The notes: a model not told the origin generated them from the letters alone. 64,000 nucleotides of DNA from Eledone cirrhosa (GCA_964016885.1 OZ024742.1:196354001-196418000); one strand, 5' to 3'; shown: positions 16,045-29,614, counted from the first letter of the stretch. Translations and numbers: made by a program.

Positions 16045-17557
16045 CTCTAGAGATAGCTAGGAGTAGATGAGTGGTTTGTGAAGGTTGTACAAGCCATGTA
16101 TAGGGGGGGCAGTCAGGAAAGTTAGGATTAATGACTATAGCAAGGAATTTAACTTGCAGGTTGGCAGCCACCAGCGCTCCGTTCTTAGTCCTCTCCTGTT
16201 TATTATCATATTACAGGCTATAACAGAGGAGTTTAAGACTGGCTTCCCATGGAAACTCCTGTACGCAGATGATCTTACACTCATAGCTGAGTCTATGGCA
16301 GAACTAGAGAAGAAATTTCAAACATGGAAGAATAGCCTAGAAAGAAAGTGTCTTAAAGTCAACCTGACAAAGACAAAGGTCCTAATAAGTAGAAGGGAAA
16401 ACAGTGCCCTGATCCCCTTGAGGAAATGGCCTTGCTCAGTGTGCCGGAATGGTGTAGATAGAAATTCCATCCTCTGTCCCAAAAGCAAACTATGGGTACA
16501 CAAGAGATGTAGTCGGATCTCAGGTAGTTTAGCTAAGAATGTAGGTTTTACATGTAGCCATTGCACCGTAGCAGTAAGCAACAAACAACCACAGGAAACA
16601 AGCACTATCAAATTCTGGGAAGGTTTGGTAGAAGCAGCAAACAACTTCTGCTACCTGGGTGACCAAATTAGCAGAGGATGTTCTGAAAGAACTGAAGCCA
16701 GGGTGAGAAAGGGGTGGAAGAAGTTCAGAGAACTACTACCACTGCTAGCTACAAAAGGCTTTTCCCTCAAAATGAAAGGCAGACTATATGATGCATGCAT
16801 ACAAATAGCAATGCTGCATGGTAGTGAGACCTGGGCACTGTGATTGGAAGGAAATGAAGCTTGCATGCTCCAATGGATGTCTAATAGTTCATTTATGCTT
16901 TGCTGTATATTACTGAGAGAGAAACTAGGCATAAGAGGAATCAGATGTCATGTGAAGGAGAAGAGATTGCGTTGGTGTAGACATGTGATGTGTATGAAAG
17001 ATGACAGTTGTTTAAAAAGGTGCAAAGTTGATGCAAGCCATGGGGTGGGGAGACCCAAGAAGATTTGGGATGAGGTGATAAAAGCTGACCTTGCTCAATT
17101 GCACCTCTCAAAGATGATGACACAGGACAGATATCTTTGGTATTATGCAGTAATATAGAAGACCCACCTTCCCATGGGTATAGGCTGAAGCATACATATA
17201 ATATGCACCACCCTCAACTCGACCCACCCCACTCATCCATACATCTCCCATGAGGTCAGACTGAAGCATACAACTACTGAAGTCTCCAGCCCACACTGTA
17301 AAGTTGTCATGATGGCGACACAACAGAAAGCACCCAGCCAACCTTGTATAGTGGTTGTTTAAGTGTTACAACAAAAAGCACCCAGTACTCACTGTGAATG
17401 TTGTTGGTGTTAGGAAGGGCATCCAGCTGTAGAAACCAAGCCAAGATCAGTTCAGTATGAGCAAGACATGGTCACCTGACCTGGCATTTCTCACAACAGG
17501 ACAACTCATCTAACCCATGTTAGCGTGGAAAAATGGACGTTAAACAGTGATGATGAT
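16045..17557 (+). mobile_element. Older RTE (family C-like): RT, PHD-like finger, 3' end
   Basis: HQRSVLSPLLF, LLYADD, WPCSVC...WVHKRC; stop codons present; (GAT)n tail. Confidence 0.92.
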
Positions 17558-17761
17558 TATATATATATATATTCGTAAATAAGGGTTTTTTATTAAAATA
17601 TCCCACACAGGTAAAAATATAGGAAAAATAAGTTCAAAATGCAATTGGACTCTTTAAGAATTACATAATTCATTAATAACACACACATATATGGAAATAT
17701 ACAAACATATATCTGTACACGAATATATAATTATATATATATCTATATATCTATATATGTA

Positions 17762-17907
17762 TGGAGGCACATAGCTTAGTGGTTAGAGCATTGGCCTTGC
17801 AATCGAAAGGTTGTGAGTTCAATTCTCAGACTGAGTGATGTGTTGTTTCCTTGAGCAAGACACTTTATTTCACATTGCTCCAGTTTACTCAGCTGTAGAA
17901 ATGAGAT
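17762..17907 (+). mobile_element. tRNA-derived SINE
   Basis: A box tagcttagtgg, B box gagttcaattc, core ccttgagcaagacactt. Confidence 0.75.
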
Positions 17908-17984
17908 GATAGGGACTGGGGATATGCCATAATGTGATGATTACATGCCTCAGCTTATAAATGGGGTTGGAAATTTTGCCCATT

Positions 17985-18176
17985 TGACTGGGGTCCCTAT
18001 CATTCCACTGCAAAGTGGTCGTGGAGGTGACACGGCAGAAAAGCACCCAGCACTCACTGTAAATGAGGTTGGTGTTAGGAAGGGCATCCAGCTGTAGAAA
18101 TCAAGCCAGAATCAGTTCCTGTCCCATCCTTGCAAGCAGGGAAAAGCGGACGTAAAATGTTGATGATGATGATGAT
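17985..18176 (+). mobile_element. Chimeric RTE 3' UTR (family C body, family A terminus)
   Basis: Family C UTR joined to cccatccttgcaagcagggaaaagcggacgtaaaatg, as at 4928-4963. Confidence 0.7.
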
Positions 18177-18488
18177 ATATATAATATGGAAAACAAAGAA
18201 TCAGTGATGCATCGAAACACAATTTATTAACGTATTACAATTGTTTCTCATAGAACAGCTCGAGGTGCTCAACCGGCCTACCGCCCATGGAAGCATTCAA
18301 GCAACATTACCACAAATATATATATATAAATTAATATATGATAAACACTTACGTGTTTTTGTTGTAATTGACAATAAAATTACAACAAAAACATGTAAGT
18401 GTTTATCATATATTAATTTATACTGCTCAGAATTGATTCTTAGAGCTAAAATAATTGTAAATGACCCCATTGAGTGTAAACTCTAAAT

Positions 18489-18519
<31 letters not shown>

Positions 18520-18823
18520 CATACATATAATCATATAACGTCTGCTTTCCAGAGTGGCATGGGTTGTACATATTGTCACGGTGCAAGACACGAAGGGTTG
18601 CAGACCCATGTCTTTGCGCATATCTCCCATTACTGGCATGGATGCCCTTTCTATCATCAACTGCTTTATAGACAATGAGTGTATCTGTATATATCACGTG
18701 TTTTTAGAATAGGTACACCATATCCCTGTGTCATAAAAGGTGACTAAGGGCATCTGGTTCTATTACAGTCACAAATCCTCCCATGCCAACATGGAAAAAT
18801 GGATGCAAAAACAACAATGATGA

Positions 18824-18897
<74 letters not shown>

Positions 18898-19406
18898 TTC
18901 AAGATTCAAAAATACAAACACAGCGATACAATTACACAAAATCTCAATAGTTTCACGGTTGTTGGAAAAGGAAAAAAAGAATGTCTTAATTTATCGGACA
19001 TGAGTCTTTCATTGGGAGAGAGTAGGTGAAGAGAAAGAGGAGGTAGGAAAGTTGAAAGGAAAAAAAGTTTTTATCCTGATGGGTGAGGTTTATTTATATA
19101 TATATATATTAATGGAAGTAGAGGATCTACCACAAGCTCAGCAGTTTCGGCTAGTTACCTCTTTTACTAATATACTCACTCTGCATCTTGCCATGTATTG
19201 AATACTTCTTTGATTTGTGGTCTTTCCAGTCTCAGCACCACAGACTATCATATATATATCTCATTAACTATATAGGTTAACTTTGCCTTTCATCCTTATG
19301 GGGTCGATAAAATAAAGTACCAGTAATACACTGGGTGATTGCTGGCCTTGTGCCAAAAGTAGAAACAATGTTTAACTATATATATACACACACACAAACA
19401 CATGTC

Positions 19407-19455
<49 letters not shown>

Positions 19456-19479
19456 CGTTTTTACATCTGTTTTGCATCA

Positions 19480-20270
19480 AAATAGTCAAATACTGAAATC
19501 TGAAATAGGGTTCAGAAATGAGTATCATCTTTAAATCTTTTCATCATTTTATGTAAAAAACATTAAGTTATGCTACAAACACCAGCTTAATAGTGGGAAA
19601 GTTAACATTCTTGATTATTTCCAAATTTCACTTGGAGATAATAGGCAATGCCTTTCATGAGAAATATGCTAACAAAGGGGTTAAACTGTTTATTTATCGT
19701 TATTTATCTAAAAACCTATTATAGTTTTATGCATGAACCTGTATAAAGCTATGCTCCAAATACCAGCTTAATGATGAGAAAGTTAGTTATACTACTAAAT
19801 CCCTTCAAATTCCTGTATATTTTCAAAATTATTACAAATTAATACACAGTGTCTTGCATTAGAAACATCATGGCAGGAGGGTTAAAATGAAATCCATCAA
19901 CCCAATGAATCCATAATAGGATGTATCCACAACAAAGGATCAAATGGAATAGAAATATTAAAAAATAAAAGCAATGTTGACATAATGGGTTATGTGGAAA
20001 AGGAAAAAGAAATTATATATGTTTAGAGTATTGGCTCATCTTTAATCCTTTTGATGCCAAACCACCTGAAAACAGCTCTGGTTCTACAATTTGAAACTGT
20101 TTGGGTTAAAGTATATGTATTTTTCTATAAATCTTTCATCATAATTTCTAGTAAGAATGTTTAAGTTATGTTCCAAAAACCAGCTTAATAATGAGGAAAT
20201 TTAGTTATATTAACTAAATCACTCCAAATTCTTATTTTCAAAATCATTGGCAGTGTCATTATAAATATGA
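19480..20270. mobile_element. Cluster of degraded TTAA-ended MITE-like repeats
   Basis: Recurrent taagttatg.tccaaa.accagcttaata blocks ending in ...agggttaa; inverted relatives at 28735-28915, 29455-29610 and 43020-43220. Confidence 0.55.
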
Positions 20271-20271
20271 T

Positions 20272-20450
20272 AGGGCGGTGTATTGGCAGTATCGGTAGAG
20301 TGTCAGACACCATGCTTAGCAGCATAGAGTTACGGCCCTTTAGGGTCTAAGTTCAAATCCCGCCGAGGTTAACTTTGCCTTTCATCCTTTCAGGGTCGAT
20401 AAAATAAAGTACCAGTAATGCACTGGGATAATTGCTGGCCTCGTGCCAAC
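20272..20450 (+). mobile_element. SINE with tRNA-like head
   Basis: tggcagtatcggtagag...gttcaaatcccgccgagg...ggtcgataaaataaagtaccag; also at 46677-46860, with the 3' part at 19275-19370. Confidence 0.8.
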
Positions 20451-20454
20451 TGTA

Positions 20455-21020
20455 AGGGTTGCTGGGGCAGAATCCTCAAACACTTTCCAGCAGGTCATAC
20501 CAGAAGCAATTGTTTCCAACTGATCTGGTTAGACCGCCAAGTGAGACCAGCTCATGGATGTTATCCAACCATCTTGATTGGGGTCTAACCCTGGGTCTCG
20601 TGCAGGTTGGTTTTGCCCATAAAATCTGTCCAGCAATTCTTTCCTGAGGCATTCTAACCACATGCCCATAGTATTGGAGCTGTGATCTCTCAATTCAGAG
20701 AAGTAACAGCTCTACCTGGTGTGACTCTCTGATCTCCGAGCTATGCACTCTAGCAAGTAACGTTACTCCAAAGACCCTTCAGAGGAATCACATTTTGGCC
20801 GCTTGTATTCCCGATCATAAACTTTCGGTCATTACCCAAGATTCCCGACCATAGGTAAGGGTTGACATAAATACCGAATTGAAGATAGCGAGTTTGGCTT
20901 TTACACCTACCTCCTAATTACTAAATGTTGAAGCTGGTGCATTACTGCACCAGCTCCCGCACTTCTTTCACTTAATTCAGCATCCTGCCTTCCATCACTT
21001 GTGAACACGGCCCTGAGATA
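20455..21020 (-). mobile_element. Rex3/Expander-like RTE 3' fragment, degraded
   Basis: LTYGRESWVMT...IERSQLQYYGHVVRMPQERIAGQILWAKPT..RPRVRPQSRW. Confidence 0.8.
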
Positions 21021-21779
21021 GAGAGTTTGGCTTTTACACCTACCTCCCTTTTTCTGATTACTATATACTGAAAACTAAAAAATGATTGTTTCTAATATAG
21101 GCATAAGGCCAGCTGAAAAACCATAAATAATAACTTGTTGGTTGTCATGTACCTTATTAATTTGTTTACTTTTGCATTTCAGATTTACACATATACAAAG
21201 TGTCTATATGTATGTATATCGTGTCTATATGTATGTGTATCAATTTGAGTATTTAGGCATGTTAACATGCCAAATTCACATATTTCCATGTAAATTGAAA
21301 AAAAAAAAAAAAAATTTACAGGGAAATACATGAAACTGGCATGTTTATGTCAATATACACAATGTGTAAATTTATGTACACATTTATGCAGTTATGGTTA
21401 CTTCTGCACTGTATATATATATCCATCGTATACTTCATCTGCTTAGCGGTATATCTGTCCAAATTGGTTATAGAATGGATGAACACTCATAAAATAAAAT
21501 AAAACATAACATACATCGATCCACACCACAAATTCATAGTATATACTACAAATTACCAATATATAAAACTTCCTTAACATGTAACCACAGATTAGTAAGC
21601 TGCAAAATGTACTGCAGATGATCAAAGTGATATAAATTCCAAAGCAAACATGAAAGTTGTGAACTTTATAACCAAAACTGTTACATCAGCACTACAATTT
21701 CCCAATCAGTTAACCATGCACTTACAACAGAGAGCCATTGCAGTACGTTTCCTTACAGTACATGTAAAAAAAAATGTAT

Positions 21780-22076
21780 GTACAATGTATGAGAGAAAGG
21801 CAGAGCTTGGGCGAATTGAGGGAGAAGCTGGGTTTAAGAAGAATCCGAGGTGGTGTGCAGGAGAGAAGACTGCTTTGGTTTGGACATGTGATGTGCATGG
21901 TCTATGATTGTTGGGTGAAGAAGTGCCAAGAAATGCCAAGTGAGAGAAGCTGCAGTAGAGGTAGACCAAAACCAGATTCGTATGTGCAAGATGTGGTCAC
22001 CTGACCTGGCCAGCCTCATAACATGACAGCCCATCTAACCCATTAAAGCAGGGAAAATAGATGTTAAATGATGATT
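21780..22076 (+). mobile_element. Degraded RTE 3' fragment
   Basis: LREKLGLRRI..VQERRLLWFGHVM..DCWVKKCQE. Confidence 0.8.
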
Positions 22077-22097
22077 ACATATATACACAAACATAAG

Positions 22098-22412
22098 CAT
22101 ACAGTTTTAAAAAACTTTAATAATTTAGGCAAGTCACTGTTTAGAATGATCTCTTTAAATATTGCAGAAAACAAAGAATTAAATACAATGTTTCTGTTAT
22201 GTTTTTCTAAATATTTAAAACCTAACATTTCTACCCCTTCATTTCTTTATCTAATGTTTTTATTCTATTTAATTTTATTTGGATTTTTTGTTTTATAATT
22301 TTAAATTAGATCTTTTAAAAGTGGCACATGGTCTCTTCTGTCTCCCAGCTCTCAGCATTTAGATAATATAAAGATTGGTGAGGGGTGGAGCCATAGAGAA
22401 ATAGAGAGAGAG
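22098..22412. repeat. About 315-bp segment directly duplicated at 28067-28381
   Basis: Two copies with scattered substitutions. Confidence 0.9.
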
Positions 22413-22480
22413 GCCGTTGACTTGCATGATTTCTTACACAAACAATTAGCTCCATCCAAAACTGTGTGTGTGCGTGTGCG

Positions 22481-22534
<54 letters not shown>

Positions 22535-22537
<3 letters not shown>

Positions 22538-22845
22538 TGGCTGCACACTCTGGTAAGAGTACTGAAATCGCTTGTCAGATTATAGAGCTTGGTGTACTTT
22601 TAGGCTGCCGCCAGCCACACGAACCTGTAACATATCCTCTACAAGCAATGCCTGTGCTTTGAAGCTTTTTTTTTAAGTGGGTAAAAGCCTTACACTCGAC
22701 CAATGCCACTCTTTGAGCATCAAAAACACTACCCGAAAAGGCGAACTGGTCAACATCATCAGATGCTTCCGAAGTCGCAGGTTTTTTTTCAGAGTTTCCC
22801 TCTCCTAGAAAGGTGTTATGACAACTCGGAGCCTTTCACTCCCAG
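22535..22845 (-). mobile_element. Diverged relative of the non-autonomous RTE-derived element
   Basis: Same ordered motifs: tggtggctgc, aagcaatgcctgtgc, ccactctt, gtcaacatcat, cagagtttcc..ctcctagaa. Confidence 0.7.
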
Positions 22846-23261
22846 GTAAAAAAAAAAAAAAGTATTGTCACAAGCTGAGAATGAATACTCCATAACATAG
22901 CAAAGATTAATAGTTTACTATGGATGTTCCAGTAGCCTGATACACATGAATTTCTTTTGCATGCAACAGTTTCCTCAAACAGTTGTAGACGACTGTCCTC
23001 AACAACCTCCCTAATGCTGGTGCCAAAATAAATTGCACCCAGTACACACTAAAATAGTTGGCATAAAAAAGGCATCTGAGCACAGGAACCATGACAAAAT
23101 GGAACATATGAGCAACACGGGCAGGTCATCAATTCTGTTCAGTCTCAGAATGTAACAATTCATCCAGCCCATGCTAGCGTGGAAAATGGATATAAAATAG
23201 TGGTGGCCGTGGTGATATATATATATATACACACACACCCATATATTTGTATTGTTCTAAA

Positions 23262-23460
23262 TGTCTAATGTGGAAAACATAGTTGTCTTTAAGCACAACA
23301 ACATCTATACATGGTATGTTGATACTACGTTTATTGAATGGATTGATCATCTTGAAGATTTCGAGAATAATTTCATTCTGACATTTACAATCCACCACAA
23401 CACCTGATACAAATTCAGTCCAGAATATCCCCTCATTCTTGAACATAACTGTAGGAATTT
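23262..23460 (+). pseudogene. Possible degraded Penelope-like reverse transcriptase fragment
   Basis: Manual translation VENIVVFKHNNIYTWYVDTTFI..HLEDFENNFILTFT resembles the PLE Y.RYVDD.F...FENNS.L.FT region; stop codon follows. Confidence 0.4.
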
Positions 23461-24306
23461 GGAATAATCTATATAACACTTCTGTTTACACAAAACACAC
23501 AGACAAAGACCTGTATATGTACACATAGAGTGAGTACCCTCTACAGATATATATAATATCTGAATTTAAAAGCTTCATTAGAGAAGCTTTTAAATTCTTG
23601 TCCACTAAGGATGATTTAAATAAGTAAATCTCACATGTAAAACAAATATTAGTTAATAACAGATATACCTACATATTAGTAGACTACTATGCCACAGAAT
23701 AATATTACTGTATTACTCTTTTGTGTGTTCCAGCCGACAGACTATGGACATACTGGGGCACTGCTAGGCTTTTATTCCGTGTCTCTCCTTTGTACTGTCC
23801 TACACCACCTGGTGTATGACAGAACAAAGGAGAGACACAAAATAAGAAATCGGTCACTGAGAAGGTCACAGAATGTGTGACAAAGGTGCTTTGACAATAT
23901 ATAAACCACCATCTGGTTATCGAACCAACCAACCAACCGGAAATTTATAATAAATTGAAGTGAAAACCAACACATGCGTGTGTTTTTATTGGAAGCATGA
24001 TCCTCCAAAAAGAATAATATATATATATATATATATATATATCCAGGGTGTGTAACGCAAAGTTACTGTAGTTTCACCCGGGTGAGCACTCAGTGTTTAG
24101 GTTCACATCAGTATTGACGTGTAGAGCTAGACGGAGTGTCATATAATAATGATTTCTTTCTTTTTTTTTTAATGATTTCTTTATAATGATGAATGGTTAC
24201 TCTTTCATTACGTTTATTGGCTGGTTCAATCTGTATCAATCTAGCCCAACTCTGGAATCAAAAGCTCATCGGACACCTGTGGTAGTAATGTGTGTGTATG
24301 TGGGTA

Positions 24307-27300
24307 TCATCATCAATTTACGTTCGCTTTTTCCAGCTTGCAAGGGTGGGACGGGTCCTATTCAGCACAGCATCTCTCCACTTCTCACGGTCATTTGTCA
24401 TCTCTACCGTGAGCTTCAGTGATCTGAGGTCTGCTCTCACCACCTCCGCCCATGTTTTTCATGGTCTACCTCTACTACGTCTTCCTTTAACTGGCATTTC
24501 TTGGCACTTCTTCACCCATCACTCATCCTCCATGTGCATCACATGTCCATATCATCGAAGTCTCCTCCCCCACACATTACAATCTATCTCTCTCAGACAC
24601 AGTTTCTCTCTCAACAAATACATGCTCGGTCGTTCACACACATTGACACTGCACATCCAACGGAGCATGTTTGTCTCATTTCTCTCCAGCCGTCGCATAT
24701 CCTCTGCAGTTGCTGCGCATGTCTCACTACCATGCAGCATCGCGCTCCTCACACAGGCATCATATAACCGGCCTTTCGCACGCAGGGAGAAACCCATCTT
24801 CATCAGCATAGGAAGCAGCTCCCTAAACTTCTTCCAACCCGTCCTTATTCTAGATACTATGGCCTCAGAACAACCCCCCTCCCATGCTAATCTGATCACC
24901 TAGGTACAGGAAACTAGCAACCACTTCTATAGCACCCTCCTGCCTGCATTTGAAAATGTGTCTATCAATGTGACTTCTACTGTTAAATTTCCCTGTACAT
25001 CTACTGCATACATATTTCTCCCTACCTGTTAATTTGCCTGCTCTCCCACTACATCTCTTGTGTATCCAAGATCTGCATTGTGTGCATTTTATAGAATTTA
25101 TGCCAGTTCCTTTTCTGCATATCGAACATGGCCATTTCCCTGGCGGAATCAGAGTTTTGTCCTCTTTTCTACTCAACACTTTTGTCTCAGTCCTCTTGAT
25201 TCCAACTGCTGTTTCCATAGCCAGAATTTATTCTGTACCTCCTCTACTGATTCTGCTATGAGAACCAGATCGTCAGCATAGAGAAGTTCCCATGGGCAGC
25301 CAATCTTAAACTCCTCTGTTATGGCTTGGAGGACTATAATGAACAAGAGCGGGCTGAGGACCGAACCCTGATGTACTCCTACTTGTATCTGGAATTCCTC
25401 ACTAAACTCTATTCCTACCCTCACTTTATTGACAGCACCTCTGTACAAAGTTTGCACTGTCCTCACAAGCCATTCCTCAACACCTAGTTTCCTTAGGGAC
25501 CACCAGATGATAGATCGGGGGTACCCTATCAAAGGCCTTCTCTAGGTCAACAAAAGCTAAGTATAGTGGCTTATTCTTCTCTAAGAACCTCTCTTGTAAT
25601 TGTCTCACCAAGAAGAGGGCATCTGTTGTACTTTTCCCAGGCACAAAATCAAACTGCATCTCATCTAGTTTGACCCTTTCTCTAATTAGTTGCGCTAATA
25701 TCCTTTCTGCCACTTTCATAACCTGATCTATCAGTTTTATACCCCTATAATTGTTCCTCTCCAGCGCATCTCCTTTAGCTTTGTAGCAATTTATGAGAAT
25801 ACTGCTGCACCAGTCTTTGGGTATGACACTGCCATATATAGCCTGATTGTTGATGCGTTCAACCAGTTTAGTGCCTACGTCCCCTGATGCCTTCAGCATC
25901 TTAGCAACTATCCCCGACTGTCCAGCGGTCTTACCATTTTTCATTTCCTTAATCGCCTCTTGGACCCTATATTTGTCAATCTCAATAGCTGGTCCCTCTG
26001 TTGGATCTACTGAGGGTACTTTCTCTCTCTCCCATTCGTTCAGTCTCTCAATGACATTTCCAGGCCTCCTTTTTCTGATCATTCGTGACACTAATTACAC
26101 CGGCATCATTCCGGACACATTTATCTCCAACAACATCCTGATTTGCATCGACACACTGCCTTGCAATGTGGAACACCGCACGTCTCTGATCTTCCCATCA
26201 CAGAAGATTGGCAAACCTCCTACTCTCAGCCTCCCTGCGTGCTAAGTACACCTGACGTCTAGCTTCCCTCTTAGCGGCTGTATATCTTTCTCTACTCCCA
26301 CCCTTTTTCCAAGCATTCCATGCTAGTCTTTTGTCTCTAAAGGCCCTATCTACTGTGCTGTTCCACCCACAAGTTTCATCAGTAGCATGCAGTAAGTTGT
26401 CACGTAAGAAATTCCAGTTACCATCTATGTCATACGACTCTAAATCGTCTTCTTTTTCGTCACACACATCTTGAAGGGCTTTCCTAAATTTGTATTTTAG
26501 TGAAAGGTCTTTTAGCTTCCTGACCTTTCTTCTCCACACCTTCCTGTACGTCTCATTCTGTCTCTTAGATATCACTAACAACTAACCCGTGCTGTGGGGT
26601 ACATTCTTCCCCAGGGTATGCCTTGGTATTTGACACCATCTGCCTGTCCTGCTGCCTAACTAGTAAGAAGTGAATCTGGCTTATGTGCTTGCCTGATTTG
26701 TAGGTTAGTAGGTGGTTGGCAGGTTTCTGGAAGTTAGTGTTGCAAATGGTTCGTGTACTTGCATCACAAAATTCAAGAAGCCACACTCCTTCATTTCTTG
26801 AGCCGTAACCGTGCCCACCATTTACCCCAGTGTAACCATCCTGGAGCTGTCCAACATGACCATTGAAGTCCCCTGCTAGCATAACGATGTCTCCGTCCGC
26901 TGTCATTGTGGCTGTTTGTAAAAGTTGCTCGTAAAAGCAGTCTTGCTGTTCTTTACCTAGGCCTGCCTGGGGAGCATAGGGAGAGATGATTGTCAGTAGT
27001 CTCTTGCCTACAACTAACCTAAGCTTAATTATTCTATTACTAACTAACTATCTCTATTGTCTTATCGATCCATCTCTCAGCCAGGAAAATGCCTACTCCC
27101 CCTAACCCATCCTCCTTACCTACCCAGAAAAGCTTATAACTAAGATGTTTGCCTGCGATTAGTCTCGCAGAGGCACCTCTCCATCTTGCACGCAGCACAC
27201 ATCCACACCTCTCCTCTCTTGCACGCAGCACACATCCACATGCCTTCTCTCCAGCATCTCTGCCATTTCACCAGATCTAGCTGTGAGAGTGCCAACATTA

Positions 27301-27540
27301 AGTGTAGCAACTCTGAGATGCGACGTCTTCATATTCTTGTTCCTTTTCCTGTAGTGTGATTGCCTGAAGACAGTCGGGAGGGTTCTCGCACATGGCCGCA
27401 CCAGCCACCTCACTACCGTGCGCAGCCCTAACATGGTTAGTGTTATTGCTGTTGACGCAGTTGTTGCAATTCTCATTTGTTGTGCTCATAGTTTTTGACA
27501 GTAGTATATATACTGGTTGGATGCCCTTCCTAACACCATA
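24307..27540 (-). mobile_element. Near full-length RTE LINE (family A), frameshifted
   Basis: LRVATLNVGTL..VDVCCVQE and AGDFNGHVG (APE); NYRGIKL, LAFVDLEKAFDRVP, HQGSVLSPLLF, LLYADD (RT); WPCSIC...WIHKRC; (GAT)n tail. Confidence 0.95.
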
Positions 27541-27607
27541 CACACACACCATATATACACACACCCAAACACACACATACATACATACACACATACACAT
27601 ACATACA

Positions 27608-28017
27608 TGGTGGCTGCCAACTCGTTTTCGAGTACGGCCACTACTTTATATCCATGTAGGAGAACCCCTACCGATGCGCTGAACGAGTGTGACTTTTTAG
27701 TCCAGCCAGCGACTTGAAAACTCTGGTACAAACACTACACTTGTGACAATTACTGACACATAGTGCTGGGCCCATTGTACCCTGTGATGACAAGTGCAGA
27801 GAGATCTCCAGATATAAAGCAATGCCTGTGCCGTGAAGCTTTTATAGTGAGCAAAGGCACTGCACAAAGCCAGTCCCACTCTCTTAACCAAGATGATATT
27901 TACCAAAAAGAAGAACAAGTCAACATCATTGGATACCATCAGGGTTGCAGGTGTTATATCAGAGTTTTCCTTCTCCTAGAATTCTGCTTTGACAAAGGCT
28001 AAGGGGTCATCTCTCCC
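27608..28017 (-). mobile_element. Non-autonomous RTE-derived element, 5'-truncated
   Basis: Matches 6691-7089. Confidence 0.82.
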
Positions 28018-28034
28018 GGACATACATACATACA

Positions 28035-28066
<32 letters not shown>

Positions 28067-28926
28067 CATACAGTGTTAAAAAACTTTAATAATTTAGGCA
28101 AGTCACTGTTTAGAATGATCTCTTTAAATATTGCAGAAAATAAAGAATTAAAGACTGTTTCTATTTTTCATGTTTTTCTAAATATTTAAAACCTAACATT
28201 TCTACCCTTTCATTTCTTTATCTAATGTTTTTATTCTATTTAATTTTATTTGGATTTTTTGTTTTATAATTTTAAATTAGATGTTTTAAAAGTGGCACAT
28301 GGTCTCTTCTGTCTCCCAACTCCCAGCATTTACGTAATATAAGGATTGGTGAGGGTTTGGGGTATAGAGAAATAGAGAGAGGGGGTGTGTAGAAAGAGGA
28401 GGAGTGTAGAGAAACAGAGAGAGGGAGGTAGAGAGAGAGAGATAGTGACTGGGAGTAAGTATTGGTTAGACAAAAGACTAGTATTATACACATACACACA
28501 CACACACACACACGTGTGTATGTTTCATTCATCTATATAATACAAGGGCTCTCAAATTCCAAGTTGGCATGCAGATGGTGGGAGGTGGAGATGATGAGAA
28601 AGTGAAATATATTTACAATGTTGCTCTCTACAACATTGTGAATAAATTCACTGGATTTGCTGATGAATGAACCAGCAGGCAACTCTGAGAAATAGTCAAG
28701 AATGCAACAGTTTTCTTCTCTTTTTTAATTTTCCTTTACATCCTTTCCATGTCATATTTCTAATGAAAGACACTGCCTATATCCTTCAAATAATTGTGAA
28801 AATAATCAAGAATTTGAAGGGATATAAGTAATATAACTAAATTTCTCATTATTAATCTGAAGTTTGGAGCAAAAGCTCTTGGAAGGTTTCTAGGTAAATA
28901 TAAGCAATTTAACCTTTTTGTTTCCA

Positions 28927-29453
28927 TCATAACTATAATAAAGGGAAGAGTGTGGGACAGCGTCCTGAATATATTTTTTTATCCCATTAGTAAAATATGT
29001 TAGATTACTTTGAAAAAATAATGAATGAATATTACATAATTTATCTACTAAATTTCGTAGCTGTTGATTAAACATAAATATATAATATATAATGATTGCT
29101 TATTTTAAGATTCACTTCTTTTAACATTTTTAAATGCCTACACTTTTGGTTAGCGTCCGTTATATCATAACACTTATTACATTGCTTATATAAACATTTG
29201 CATCGTTATATAAGGTTTCATTACATTTCACCGTAATGTAGTTTATATATAATATCGTCTTTTTTAAATATATCATGGATTACTTTACTGATTACAGAAG
29301 AGAGTGTAACACAGTCTCTCTTCAATTTCTGTGCATATTGTCAATTACGATTTTATTTGACATATATCTACATGTATGTATATTTGCATATCATATCAAT
29401 ATGCACACTACACATGCTACCAGAAACCACCTGAAGGGTGGTTTTTCTGCTAG
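28927..29453 (+). mobile_element. Non-autonomous Helitron
   Basis: 5' TC (a|tcataactataataaag), 3' hairpin aaaccacc-tgaag-ggtggttt then CTAG|t; A|T target, no TSD; second copy at 53242-54086. Confidence 0.85.
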
Positions 29454-29614
29454 TATTTATAATGAAAGACACTGCATTTGGGTTTCAACTCATTTTGGAA
29501 GGATTTAGTATTATAACTAACTTTCTCATTAGTAAGCTGGTGTTTGAAACATCACTTAAAGATTCTTATGTAAGATTATTACAGAAGGTTTTTAGATAAA
29601 TATAAACAATTTAA

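Noticed and set aside
17762-17835. tRNA gene (also 46593-46650)
   Set aside because: A and B boxes run into a SINE body; no complete cloverleaf
27184-27240. 33-bp-period duplication in the RTE endonuclease region
   Set aside because: Local slippage in an already inactivated copy
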